64,000 nucleotides of DNA. It comes from Methanomassiliicoccaceae archaeon. Its GTDB lineage: Archaea > Thermoplasmatota > Thermoplasmata > Methanomassiliicoccales > UBA472. The notes under the pieces were generated by a model. It saw only the letters and a program-made list of their open reading frames with translations, was not told the origin of the DNA and ran no database searches. The stretch lies in assembly GCA_963827905.1 (NCBI GenBank), contig CAWHCB010000013.1:26300-90299 (forward strand), in the 5' to 3' direction. This document shows, piece after piece, positions 1 through 10,312 of this stretch (position 1 is the first letter of the stretch; each line of letters starts with the position of its first letter). A program made the translations under genes and the position numbers.

Positions 1-135
1 TACTACCAGGCGGTGCACCAGGAGTCCGACGTCGTCCCGGAGAACGTGGACTGCATCCGGGCCATGTGCAAGCTGGAGCAGGACCCCACCATATCCATCG
101 CCAAGACTGACAAGGCTATCGGGCTGGCCAAATAA
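1..135 (+). CDS. 3' end of an unidentified CDS (partial, runs off the window start)
   Basis: Frame 1 is open from base 1 to TAA at 133-135 ([44 protein letters not shown]). Composition looks coding. No family recognised. Confidence 0.3.
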   Translation, partial: YYQAVHQESDVVPENVDCIRAMCKLEQDPTISIAKTDKAIGLAK

Positions 136-163
136 GGCCGCCCTTTTCTTTATAATATTTCGA

Positions 164-1204
164 TCACTGGCCTTCCAGCCGGAATATGCCCGGGGGTATG
201 GTGATCACCAGGCGCGTGCCTTTGCCCGGCTCGCCGTTCTCGGCGATGCCGATGCCGGTGATGCCCAGCACCTCCTTGGACACATATAGCCCGAGCCCGG
301 TGTTCTTGCCGTAGCCACGGCGGAAAATGAGCTCCTTCTCGTCCGCCGCTATGCCCACGCCGTCATCCTCGATGTAAAGCAGCCCCGTCCCGTCCGTCTG
401 CTCGAAGCGCACCTTGATGTAGGTGGCCCTCACGCCGTGGCGGAAGGTGTTGTCCAGGAGGTTGTAGAACACCTTCTCCAACATCGGGTCGGCGTAAACG
501 GTCAGCTCGCCGACGTCCAGGTCCAGCGGTATGCGCGGGTCGCTCAGGGCGGAATAGGCGGAACGTACTGCGTTGGCCACATTGATCCAGCACCGGTTTC
601 TTCGCCCCGATCTCCTGATAGGTGCGAGTGAACTCCATCTGCTTGCGTATCGCGTCCGCCGAGGCCTTGGCCTTGCGGACGTACTTCAACAACGTCTCGT
701 CCTTGGTCTTCCCCTCTGCCAGCTCGAGATAGCCGAACAGCCCGGTGAGCGAGTTGAGGACGTCGTGGCGGGTGGCGGAACCCAATATGCTGAGCTTCTT
801 GTTCATCAGCTCCAGCTCCGATTCCGAGTCCTTCCACTCGGTGATATCGATCCCCAGCAGGCAGACCTTATGGCCCAGATCCGTCGTTCACACGGAAGAG
901 CGTGCAACGGAACCATTTCATGCGACCTTCCTTGGTCCAGAACTGCAGGTCCAAGGACCTCCGGTCGTTGTTGTCCAAGACCGTTTGCAGCGGCATCCAT
1001 CATCTCTGGAAGCCGTTCCTTGTGCACCAACGCCTCCATGGGCCTGCCTTGGAGCTCCGTGTTCTGGAAACCGAGCAACCATTCCGTGCTCGGTCCGACC
1101 CCTTCCAGAGCGCCCTCCCTCGTCATCACCAAGGTCAGGTTTTGCTCGCGCAATCGAATCTGTTCATAATAAACGGCGATGCCGTCTCTGTCCGGGTGTG
1201 ACAT
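164..1204 (-). pseudogene. PAS sensor histidine kinase (PAS-HisKA-HATPase_c), reading frame interrupted at least 3 times
   Basis: The minus-strand pieces read PAS (LQFWTKEGRMKWFRCTLFRVNDGS, hand-translated), then a dimerisation/phosphoacceptor region (LSILGSATRHDVLNSLTGLFGYLELA), then HATPase_c (NLLDNTFRHG, IEDDGVGI, GLGLYVSKEV). Frame changes lie near 951, 883 and 590. Confidence 0.75.
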
Positions 1205-1376
1205 CTTAGGGCCGTCATGTTGATTTGCCTATGACGATAAAAAGGTTGGTCATCCCAATATCAATCCAGGAGCAATGATCGGTCGGAACTTCCGGGGACG
1301 ACCGAAACGATAATTTAACCCCATCCCTTTGCTGGTGCATAACCCGTACCGTACTGGTGTGCATAAGGTGGTCCCG

Positions 1377-2612
1377 ATGAAGGAGTTCAACACATTGGAT
1401 GATTTCGACCTGGGCGGGATGACCGTCATCCTCCGCGTGGACATCAACTGTCCCTTGAGACAGGAGACCATGACCATCGGTGACGACAACCGCATCAAAC
1501 AGATCATGCCCACCTTGAAGGAGCTGGTGGAGAAGGAGGCCAAAGTGGTCATCATCGCCCACCAGGGTCGCCCTGGTGACTGGGACTATTGCGCTTTGGA
1601 CCAGCACGCCAAAATCATCACCCAATACCTAGGCCAGGAGGTCCGCTACGTGGACGACCTCTATGGCGACGAGGCCCTTGCCGCCATCCGGGACATGTCG
1701 CCCGGCCAGGCCATCATGCTCAAGAACGTCAGGGAGCTGAGCTGCGAGCAGGACAAGAAGAGCATGGACGAACATTCCCAGGAGGAGATGGTGCAGCGCC
1801 TGGCCTCCGTGGCCGACCTCTATGTCTCCGACGCCTTCGGGGCGGCCCACCGTTCCCATTGCTCCCTGGTCGGGTTCCAGGCGGTACTGCCCTCGGCCGC
1901 CGGCAGGCTCATGGAGAGGGAGCTGAACGCCCTCAGCTCCGTTTTCGAGGAACCATCCCGGCCTTGCGTCTTCGTCCTCGGGGGGTCGAAGTTCTCCGAC
2001 TCCATCAAGGTCATCGACCGCGTCCTCACCAAGCAGATCGCCGATTTCGTCATACTGGTGGGCTTGAGCGCCAACGCCTTCCTTAAGGCCCGGGGCGTGG
2101 ACCTGGGCCAGGACAGCGAGGAGATCCTGAGCAAGGAGTTCACCCCGGAGAACCTGGAGGCGGCCATGAAGCTGATCCGGGAGAAGGGTGAGCGCATCCT
2201 CCTGCCATTGGACGTGGCGTTGGACCAGGACGGTGCACGCCTGGAGCTGCTGGTGGGCGACCTTCCCAACGATTATCCCATCTATGACATCGGCCCTCGG
2301 TCCATCGATAAGTTCTCCAAGGTCATCGCCAACGCTGGCACCGTGTTCATGTCCGGCCCGGCCGGGGTCTTCGAGCGGGAGGAGTTCGCCACCGGCACCA
2401 GGGCGCTGCTCCAGGCGGCGGTCGATTCTGGCGCATATACCGTCATCGGCGGGGGCCACACCGTCTCCGCGGCCGAGCGCTTCGGGCTGTTCTCACGCAT
2501 CAGCTACGTCAGCACAGGGGGCGGGGCACTGGAGACCTATCTCTTAGGCAGGACCATGCCCGTGGTGGAGGCGCTCAAGACCGCCTACAAGAGGGAGCAG
2601 GCCAAGAAGTGA
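1377..2612 (+). CDS. pgk: phosphoglycerate kinase
   Basis: The 427-aa ORF contains VILRVDINCPL, IIAHQGRPG and SDAFGAAHR, ending STGGGALETYL. ATG at 1377 is preceded by AAGGTGG, so it was preferred over the listed TTG at 1329. Confidence 0.9.
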   Translation: MKEFNTLDDFDLGGMTVILRVDINCPLRQETMTIGDDNRIKQIMPTLKELVEKEAKVVIIAHQGRPGDWDYCALDQHAKIITQYLGQEVRYVDDLYGDEALAAIRDMSPGQAIMLKNVRELSCEQDKKSMDEHSQEEMVQRLASVADLYVSDAFGAAHRSHCSLVGFQAVLPSAAGRLMERELNALSSVFEEPSRPCVFVLGGSKFSDSIKVIDRVLTKQIADFVILVGLSANAFLKARGVDLGQDSEEILSKEFTPENLEAAMKLIREKGERILLPLDVALDQDGARLELLVGDLPNDYPIYDIGPRSIDKFSKVIANAGTVFMSGPAGVFEREEFATGTRALLQAAVDSGAYTVIGGGHTVSAAERFGLFSRISYVSTGGGALETYLLGRTMPVVEALKTAYKREQAKK

Positions 2613-2623
2613 TCGGATTATTT

Positions 2624-2878
2624 TTAATTCGTTCTTGGCCTGATCCAGGGCTGGAGGTCCCGCTCCTCCGGATCATCATAATGTTCCACCTCGATGGTCA
2701 GCTCCGATTTGATCCCAGCCAACGCAGGCAGGACATGGTTCAGGACCTGCTCTGCCGTCGCAGGGAATACATTGCCGCGTGAGCTTACCTTCATCCAGCC
2801 GTCCTTATCTCGGTAGTACAGCTCGGTGAAGTTCTTGGTGCCGATCCTGATGACGTAGCTCTCATTGGTCAAGTTCAT
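2624..2878 (-). CDS. hypothetical small protein
   Basis: 84-aa ORF with balanced composition in the gap between pgk and dapL. No motif recognised. Confidence 0.4.
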   Translation of the reverse strand: MNLTNESYVIRIGTKNFTELYYRDKDGWMKVSSRGNVFPATAEQVLNHVLPALAGIKSELTIEVEHYDDPEERDLQPWIRPRTN

Positions 2879-2987
2879 TTCGGGTCGGTCACATCATTTC
2901 CGATCTGGACCTTTATGGTTTTTGCCAAACCACGGTAGGGAATGACCGTATCACACCAGTGAAAAATGGAGAGAGGAAGGGGTTTGA

Positions 2988-4091
2988 TCACATCTTGGCC
3001 ATTCTTTCCAATGCCTCTTCGATGCGCGCCACCGGCTGGGTGGTGGCGAAGCGCACGTAGCCTTCGCCAAACTCGCCGAAGCCGACGCCCGGGGTGCAGA
3101 CGATGCCGGCGTTGAGCATCCTCTCCGCGAACTTCATGGAAGGCATGTCCACATGGAGCCAGAGATAGAACGTCCCCTTGGGCGGGTCGATCTTGTAGCC
3201 CAGGGAGCGCAGTCCCTTCACCAGGACGTTGCGTCGTTCCTGGTAGACCTTGATGTTGTCCTTCACGACCTGGGGCCTTTCCGCCCCATCGTACATCTCC
3301 AGCGCCTTGATCATGGCCTTCTGGATGAACATGGGGGCCCCAGAGTCGATCTGGGCCTTCACCTTCTTCAGTCCGGCCACCAACTTGGCGTCCCCCACGG
3401 CGAAGCCGATGCGGTAGCCGGTCATGTTGAAGGTCTTCGACAAAGTCCCGAACTCGATCAGTCGGCCCCCCTGGCAACAGCCCAAGGCCGATGGCGCCAC
3501 GTAGTCGTCGAACGTCATCTCCGAGTAGGCGTTGTCGTAGCAGAATATGGTGTCCGTCTCCGTGCACCAGGTGGTGGCCCGCCACAGGAATTCCTTGGTG
3601 ACCACGGCTCCGGTGGGGTTGTTGGGATAGTTCAGGTAGAACAGCCTGGCATCGCTGGGCAGGGAGTCCAGGTCCGGCAGGAAGCCTCGCTCCGGACGGA
3701 TCGGCACCTTGACCGGCACGGCGTCGCTGAGCAGGGTCCCGCCCTGGGAGTAGACTGGATAGCCTGGGTCGGGGCAGAGCACCTTCTCTCCCGGGTTGAC
3801 GAACGCCCGGCAGATGTTCGCTATGCCCTCCTTGCCGCCGATGAGTATCGCCACCTCCCCGTCCGGGTCCAAGCTCACGTTGAACCGCTTCTTGTACCAG
3901 TCGGCCACCGCCCTGCGCACCTCCGGCTCGCCGCTGGAAGATGGATAGCGGTGGTTGGCCGGGTCGTCCAGCTGCCTCTTGACCTCCTCCACGATGGCCG
4001 GAGGCGTCGGCAGGTCCGGGTCCCCGATGCCGAAATCGATGATGTCGATCCCCTCGGCGCGCTTCTTCCGCACCTTCTCCTCGATCTCCAC
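2988..4091 (-). CDS. dapL: LL-diaminopimelate aminotransferase (DapL-type, PLP-dependent)
   Basis: Aminotransferase class I/II motifs NYPNNPTG and SKTFNMTGYRIG. The conserved N-terminal FEYATRLKKIPPYLF continues in frame upstream of the listed GTG to about 4130 with no ATG, so the start is uncertain. It is the last gene of the dap operon. Confidence 0.85.
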   Translation of the reverse strand: MEIEEKVRKKRAEGIDIIDFGIGDPDLPTPPAIVEEVKRQLDDPANHRYPSSSGEPEVRRAVADWYKKRFNVSLDPDGEVAILIGGKEGIANICRAFVNPGEKVLCPDPGYPVYSQGGTLLSDAVPVKVPIRPERGFLPDLDSLPSDARLFYLNYPNNPTGAVVTKEFLWRATTWCTETDTIFCYDNAYSEMTFDDYVAPSALGCCQGGRLIEFGTLSKTFNMTGYRIGFAVGDAKLVAGLKKVKAQIDSGAPMFIQKAMIKALEMYDGAERPQVVKDNIKVYQERRNVLVKGLRSLGYKIDPPKGTFYLWLHVDMPSMKFAERMLNAGIVCTPGVGFGEFGEGYVRFATTQPVARIEEALERMAKM

Positions 4092-4149
4092 GAACAGATA
4101 CGGTGGGATCTTCTTCAGTCTCGTAGCGTACTCGAATGATGAAATGTGC

Positions 4150-4983
4150 TCACTCTCCTGTCAGCTCTCCGCGGAACACTCGCACCGCTGGACCCCGCAT
4201 GGTCACCGAGCCCAGGTCGGACGCGACCGTGATCCAAAGGCTTCCTCCGGGGAGCCTTACCTCGACCTCTTGGTCGTACGGGACCTTGCCCAGCATGGCC
4301 GCCGCCACCGCGGTGGCGCACGCCCCGGTGCCGCAGGCCTGGGTCCAACCCGCCCCCCTCTCGAAGACCTTGACCTCCAATAACCCTTTCTTCGATTTAA
4401 CGAATTCTACGTTGGTCTTGCGCGGGAAGGCGGGATGCCTCTCGAGAGCTGGCCCGAGGCGCAGCACCTCCCGGTCCTCCAGCTCCTGGAAGATGATGAA
4501 GTGGGGGTTCCCCATGGAGACCGCCGTGCCGCGCACCTTGACGCCATCGGCCTCCAGCTCCCCTTCCAGGAAGCGGCCGTGACAGTTCATGGGCACATCG
4601 GAGCAGTCCAGGCGCGGGGCGCCCATCTCCACCTTGACCGTCGTGACCAGGCCGTCCTTGACCGTGCATTGGATGGGCTTGATCCCCGCCAGCGTGTTGA
4701 TGCTCATGGACTCCTTGCGCACCGATCCGAAGTCATAGAGGTGCTTGGCCACGCAGCGGATGCCGTTGCCGCACATCTCCGCCTCCGAGCCGTCCGAGTT
4801 CATCACCACCATGCGCGCGTCCGCCGCGTCGTCCCTCTCCACATAGAGTATGCCGTCAGCCCCGATGCCGAAGCGCCGGTCGCATAGACCGATGACGAAG
4901 TCCGGGTCCTTGCGGGCCCTCCCGTCCATGTTCTCCAGCACGATGAAGTCGTTGCCCAGGCCATGGTATTTCCAGAACCTCAC
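4150..4983 (-). CDS. dapF: diaminopimelate epimerase
   Basis: 277 aa. KYHGLGNDFIVLEN, the two catalytic-Cys regions MCGNGIRC and ACGTGACA. Its start overlaps the lysA stop by 4 nt. Confidence 0.9.
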   Translation of the reverse strand: MRFWKYHGLGNDFIVLENMDGRARKDPDFVIGLCDRRFGIGADGILYVERDDAADARMVVMNSDGSEAEMCGNGIRCVAKHLYDFGSVRKESMSINTLAGIKPIQCTVKDGLVTTVKVEMGAPRLDCSDVPMNCHGRFLEGELEADGVKVRGTAVSMGNPHFIIFQELEDREVLRLGPALERHPAFPRKTNVEFVKSKKGLLEVKVFERGAGWTQACGTGACATAVAAAMLGKVPYDQEVEVRLPGGSLWITVASDLGSVTMRGPAVRVFRGELTGE

Positions 4984-6240
4984 AGCATCAGCCTCGAAGG
5001 TATCTTCTGGCCGCGGACCAGGTCGTCGACCGTCTCCGCCTCGCGCACCACCTGGGCCTGTCCTTCGTGGACGAGGACCTCGGCGGGACGGCCGCGGGAG
5101 TTGTAGGTGGAGCTCATGGCATATCCGTAGGCGCCAGTGTCGTACACCACCAGCACGTCGCCCTCGGCCAGGCGGGGCAGCTTGCGGTCCTTGGCGATGA
5201 AGTCCCCGGACTCGCAGATGGGCCCGACCACATCATAGGTGAGCTCCGGCTCGCGCCCGAACTTGTTGGCCACCGCGATGTGGTGGTATGAGCCGTAGAA
5301 GGCCGGCCTGATCAGGGTGTTGAAGCCGGCGTCCGTGCCCGCGAACCTCTTCTCCGGGGTCTCCTTGATGTCATGCACCCGGGCCAGCAGCACGGTGGAG
5401 TCGCAGACCAGGTATCGTCCCGGTTCCAATGCCAGGGTCTTGATGGAGCTGTGCTCCTTCACCCGCGAGGTTATGGCATCGGCCAGCAGGTCCACGTCCA
5501 TCTCGTGCTCGCTCGGCTTGTAAGGGATGCCGATGCCCCCGCCGAGGTCCAGCACCTCCAGCTTCAGGCCGAGCACGTCGCGGATCTCGTTGGCGATCTC
5601 GATCATGACGTCGGTCACCTCGATGAAGGGGGCCACCTCCTGCACCCCTGCCCCGATGTGGCAGTGCAACCCGTAGGGCTTGAGGCCTAGGGCCAACGCC
5701 TCGGCGTAGGCGTTCACGATGGCGCCCTTGGGGACGCCGAACTTGGTGGTCTTCTTGCCCGTGACCACGTGATGATGGTGGCCCGCCCCCACGTCGGGGT
5801 TGACGCGCATGGAGATGCGGTAGCCAGGCGCGATCTGGGCCAGGCGGCGCAGCTGGGACGGCGAGTCCACGTTTATCGGTACCTTGCGCTGCACGAGCTG
5901 GCGCATCTCCTCGTTGGAGACGCTCGTCCCCGTGTAGAGTATCCGGTCCGGGGAATAGCCCGCCTTCAAGGCCAGCTCGGCCTCGCCCAGGCTGACCGCG
6001 TCGATGCAGCTCCCTTCCTGCTCCAGCACCCTCATGATGGCCAGGTTGGCGTTGGCCTTGCAGGCGATAGTGGATCCGGGTGGGCATGCGCTTGTTGAAG
6101 GCGTCGTTTATGCGCCGGAAGTTCTCCCTCAACCTGGCCTCCTCGGTCACGTAGACGGGGGTGCCGAAACGTTCGGCCAGGTCCGTGGCCTTCATGCCTC
6201 CGATGATCATCTGCTCATTCGCACTCTGGAACTGCCTCAT
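4980..6240 (-). CDS. lysA: diaminopimelate decarboxylase (one frame interruption near 6066)
   Basis: The N-terminal piece (AERFGTPVYV...NKRMPTRIHY) joins ACKANANLAIMRVLEQEG... if one base near 6066 is removed. It has the PLP-lysine context and a C-terminal GPICESGD motif. Confidence 0.85.
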
Positions 6241-7607
6241 ATCTCTCACCTATGTATCTCTCATGCAATAGCTTGACCACTGCCACCGCCCTCTCGTTGC
6301 TGACCACGAAGTTGAGGGCCACGTCCGAGGCCCCCTCCGAGATCAGCTCCACGTTGGCGCCGGCCTCGGCGACGGTGGCGAACACCTTGGCGCTCACTCC
6401 GCAGGAGTCGAGCATGCTGTCGCCCACTGCGCATACCAGCGATACGCCCTCCTTGACATGAACCTTCTCCACCTCGTCCTTCAGCTCCCTGAGCCGCTCC
6501 ACCACCTCGGCCACCTGCTCCTGGGGAACCACCACCGCCAGGGTGGAGAGCGAGGTCGAGACGGCATAGGTGGTGACGCCGTTGGCCGTGATGGAGTCGA
6601 GTATCTTGGATATGAGGCCGGGCTGGTACGCTATCTCGCCCGAGTAGACCTTGACGATGGACAGGTCCCTCTTGACCGCCACGCTGCGCAGCATGTTCCT
6701 GGCCGGCGACCTGATCTTATGGATCTTGGTGCCCTTCCCATCTGGGTTGAAGGTGTTCTTCACCCACACCTGCACGCCCTTCCTCCTCGCCGGTTCGATG
6801 GTGCGGGGATGCAGCACCTTGGCGCCGAAGTAGGCCAGTTCAGCGGCCTCGTTGTAGTCCATCTCCTCGAGGGTGATGGCGTCCGGTACCACCCTCGGGT
6901 CGGCGGTCATGAACCCATCGACATCGGTCCAGATCTCCACCATATCGGCGTCCAGACCGTTGCCGACCACCGAGCCGGAGTAGTCGGAACCGCCCCTTCC
7001 GAAGGTGAGCGGACGACCGGTGGCGTCCATGCCATAGAATCCGGTTATGATCGGCGTCCTTCCCCTGCCCAGCAGAGGCAACACCCTGGCCTTGAGATTG
7101 ACGCTGGTGCTGTAAAGGTCGGCCGTGCCGTTGCCCGGGGACCCGGTGGCGACTATGCCCGCCTCCTCCGAGGTCATGGCCAAAGCGTCGCAGCCCTGGG
7201 ATCGGAGTATGTGGGCCATGGTGAGCGAGCTCAACCTCTCGCCCCAGCTGGAGATGGTGTCGTAAAGTACCTTCTTCTCGTGACCGCGGGGCGCCTGATG
7301 ATAGGCCTGGAGGCGGTCCCGCAGACCGTCCACCCGCTGCTGCAGCAATGGTGCGTACTTCGACGAACTCCGCCTCGCCCATGGTGGCCCGGGCGGTCTC
7401 CAGGTGCCTCTGCGCCAGTTGGCGCAGCGATGCCTCCGCCTTGTGCTCCGATTCCCGCATCATGCCGATTAGGCCGTTGGTGACCCCGGACATGGCGGAG
7501 ACGACCACGACCTTGCTGGCGGGTTCGCGCCTGATGATGTCGGCGGTCCGTAGCATGGCATCGACCGAGCCTACGCTGGTTCCGCCGAACTTCATGACCT
7601 TGATCAT
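6215..7607 (-). CDS. aspartate kinase (one frame interruption near 7349)
   Basis: N-terminus MIKVMKFGGTSVGS and VVVVSAMSGVTN. The C-terminal frame has FGRGGSDYS and VEIWTDVDGFMTADPR plus ACT-like repeats. The frames join across about 7349. Confidence 0.85.
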
Positions 7608-8383
7608 ATGCCCAGCACCTCGGCCATGCTGTGCACCATGCCGTCCTTGCGGCCGGCCACATAGCGGATGGCCGCCAGGCTGCCCTCGGCGAACGCCTCC
7701 CGGGAATGAGCCCTATGCGTGAGCTCGATGCGCTCCTTGTTGCCGGCGAAGATCACGGTGTGCTCGCCGACCACGTCGCCCAGGCGGACCGCATGGATGC
7801 CTATCTCCCGGCCCCTGGCCCCGACCAGGCCCTCCCGGCCGTACACCATCTTGTCCACGCCAGTGGCGTCGGAGATGATCTTGGCGGCCTTGACCGCCGT
7901 CCCCGAGGGCGCGTCCTTCTTCTTGTCGTGATGCACCTCGATGATCTCCACCTCATAGTCCGGCAAGGCGCGGGCCAGCTGTTCGCACTGTTTCCAGAAG
8001 ACGTTGACCCCGACGCTGAAATTGGCGGTGATCACGGCCGAGGAGCCCTGTCTCGCCACCATGTCATCGATCTCGCGGACGAACGCCTCGTTCAGTCCGG
8101 TCGTCCCGATGACGCAGTTGACCCCGGTGGGGATGGCCAGGCGCAGGTTGCGCTCTGCCGCCCCTGGCGAGGTGACGTCGACATAGACATCGGCGTCCGC
8201 CAGCACCTCCGCCATCCGGTCCGGGCCGACGGCGCGCACCCCTCCGCCCAGCTCCTTTCCGATGTGACCGCCTTCCGCCGAGACTATCCCACCCGCAAGC
8301 CTCATGTCCTTCTGCCGCTCCACCAGCCCGCACACCAAGGTGCCGAGCTTGCCGGTGGCCCCGGCGACTACCACTTCGATCAT
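7604..8383 (-). CDS. dapB: 4-hydroxy-tetrahydrodipicolinate reductase
   Basis: 259 aa. VVAGATGKLG, EIIEVHHDKKKDAPSGTA. Its stop overlaps the ask start (ATGA). Confidence 0.9.
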   Translation of the reverse strand: MIEVVVAGATGKLGTLVCGLVERQKDMRLAGGIVSAEGGHIGKELGGGVRAVGPDRMAEVLADADVYVDVTSPGAAERNLRLAIPTGVNCVIGTTGLNEAFVREIDDMVARQGSSAVITANFSVGVNVFWKQCEQLARALPDYEVEIIEVHHDKKKDAPSGTAVKAAKIISDATGVDKMVYGREGLVGARGREIGIHAVRLGDVVGEHTVIFAGNKERIELTHRAHSREAFAEGSLAAIRYVAGRKDGMVHSMAEVLGI

Positions 8384-8392
8384 GCTATCAGC

Positions 8393-9266
8393 TCACAGCA
8401 GTTTCAGGTCCGCCAAGGTCTTGCGGAGGATCTCCGCGTTGGCGGCCTCCATGTCGCACAGGGGCAGTCTGAACACCCCAGAGGGGCGGTGCATCATGCG
8501 CATGGCCGTCTTCACCGGTATGGGGTTGGTCTCCAGGAACAGGTTCTTGAACAGCGGCAGCAGTTTGAAATGCATCTCCCTTGCCCCCACATAGTCGTTG
8601 GAGAGGGCGCGGTGCGTCATCTCCGTCACCCAGCGCGGGGCCACGTTCGATGCCACCGATATGCATCCCTTGGCCCCCAGAGCCATCAACGGCATGGTCA
8701 GCGAATCGTCCCCGGAGAGCACATCGAAGTCCGGCGGGACCTCGGCCAGTATCTGCATGATCTGGTCCATGTTGCCGCTGGCCTCCTTGATGCCCACGAT
8801 GTTGGGTATCTCCGCCATCTTCTTGACGGTGAGCGGGGCGATGTTGCTCCCCGTCCGACCGGGCACGTTGTACACTATCAATGGTATGTCCACCGCCTTG
8901 GCGATGGCCTCGTAGTGGCGCAATATGCCCTTCTGGGTCGGTTTGTTGTAATACGGCGATATGGACAGAACGGCGTCCACGCCCAGGTCCCTCGCCCCCT
9001 TGGTGAGGTGGATGGCCTCGTGGGTGGCGTTGCTGCCCGCTCCGGCGATGACCTTCGACCCTCTTCTTGGTGTCCATGACGATCTGGATGACCCGCAGGT
9101 GCTCCTTGTGCGTGAGCGTCGCCGACTCCCCGGTGGTGCCGCAGGGCACGATGGCATCGACGCCCTCCCGCTCCTGGAACTCCACCATTTCCCTCAAACC
9201 CTCCTCGTCCAGCTCCCCATTGTCATGGAAAGGGGAGATGATGGCCGTAGCGCATCCTCTTAGCAT
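8393..9266 (-). CDS. dapA: 4-hydroxy-tetrahydrodipicolinate synthase (one frame interruption near 9056)
   Basis: N-terminal frame AIISPFHDNGELDEEGL...CGTTGESATLT...DTKKRV joins KVIAGAGSNATHEAI...YNVPGRTG...GIKEASGN when one base near 9056 is removed. Confidence 0.85.
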
Positions 9267-9267
9267 C

Positions 9268-9690
9268 TCAGTTCCCTCCAAAATGTTCCTTGAGTATCAA
9301 CCTGGTCCGGGTGGACTGCACGTTGTCGAAGCGCCGGATCTGCTCTATGATGTCGTTCAGCTGGGGTGAGGATGTGACGTCGATGATGGCGACGATGTCC
9401 TCCTCACCGGTGACCTCGTAGACCTCGGAGACGCCCTCGAAACGCGAGATGCGGCTGGCCACGTCAGAGGTGTTGACGTTGACGTCGATCTTCACCTCGA
9501 TGATGGCCTTGACGTTCTTGCTGCTGGTCTTGATGGTGAAGCTCTGGATGACACCATCCTCGAACAGCTTCTTCACCCGGCTTCGGATCGTCCCCTCGGA
9601 GACGTTCAGCTCGTTGGCGATCTCTACGAAAGGTTTGCGTGAGTCCTTCTTCAGGATGTCGATTATCTTGTCGTCAAGGTGGTCTATCAT
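9268..9690 (-). CDS. lrp: Lrp/AsnC family transcriptional regulator
   Basis: HTH region LDDKIIDILKKDSRKPFVEIANELNVSEGTIRSRVKKL followed by a RAM/ACT-like domain. It is the first gene of the lysine operon. The start is either 9690 (MIDHLDD) or 9711. Confidence 0.8.
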   Translation of the reverse strand: MIDHLDDKIIDILKKDSRKPFVEIANELNVSEGTIRSRVKKLFEDGVIQSFTIKTSSKNVKAIIEVKIDVNVNTSDVASRISRFEGVSEVYEVTGEEDIVAIIDVTSSPQLNDIIEQIRRFDNVQSTRTRLILKEHFGGN

Positions 9691-9789
9691 GAACTTCGAC
9701 CTCCGGAACATGCCCGGATAGGGAAATTTCGTATTAAATGCGTTGTAAATCGCACGAATATATATAAGATTTCCGAAAAATCATTAGTT

Positions 9790-9809
9790 ATTTGGGCAAA
9801 TACCCAAAT
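9790..9809. promoter_or_regulatory. perfect 7-bp inverted repeat ATTTGGG-N6-CCCAAAT
   Basis: Read directly. It lies between the stop of the upstream minus-strand gene (9837) and a TATATATA element (about 9757-9768) upstream of lrp. On the minus strand a T-run (GATTTTT) follows it. It is either a terminator hairpin or an operator. Confidence 0.25.
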
Positions 9810-9836
9810 TTCTTTACGAAATATGCAGGGGTCCGA

Positions 9837-10312
9837 TCAGGTGACCTCTTTCACGTACCTCAACCATCTCTTCTCGTCCCCGATGTTCTGTATCAACTGC
9901 TCCTTGCGGTACTCATCGTGTTGCGTCTGCAGGTCCCGAAGCTCCGCCACCCCTCGCAGCAGGCCACAGATGTCATCGAACAGCGAGTCCGCCTGGGCCT
10001 CGGTGAGGTCGTTCTGACGCAGGTCCCCCTCTAGTCGTCCTCAGCCTCTTTCTCCAGGACCTCGGCCAGAGCCCTGGCGGCCTGCAGCTCCTCCAAGGTC
10101 ACTTCCTCGTCGTTTACCATGCGAAACACCGTGTCCCGGAGCCGGACCTTACGGCCCTCGATCTCCCATTCATCGGGGATCATATGGCCTGCCCAGAAGA
10201 ACAAGGAGTTGATGCTGCCCATGATCTTGGCCCTCTCCTGCTCGCTCAGGCAGCGCGTGGACCTGTTCGCCGACTCGTGAAGGCAATGGTCCTTCTGCTC
10301 ATCCGCCATCAT
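9837..10312 (-). CDS. hypothetical protein (frame interruption at about 10033)
   Basis: The 93-aa ORF 10031-10312 stops at TAG. Coding-like sequence (LEGDLRQNDLTEAQADSLFDDICGLLRGVAELRDLQTQHDEYRKEQLIQNIGDEKRWLRYVKEVT*) continues in the adjacent frame down to 9837. Confidence 0.4.

Noticed and set aside
1255-1300. Hairpin CGGTCG-N13-CGACCG upstream of pgk as a riboswitch or ncRNA.
   Set aside because: It is a single short stem with no recognisable conserved riboswitch core, and it is probably fortuitous.
10031-10033. In-frame TAG at the end of the 93-aa ORF as a possible pyrrolysine or read-through codon.
   Set aside because: The coding-like continuation lies in a different frame, not in frame with the TAG, so a one-base shift explains it. 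No Pyl-dependent methyltransferase context is present.
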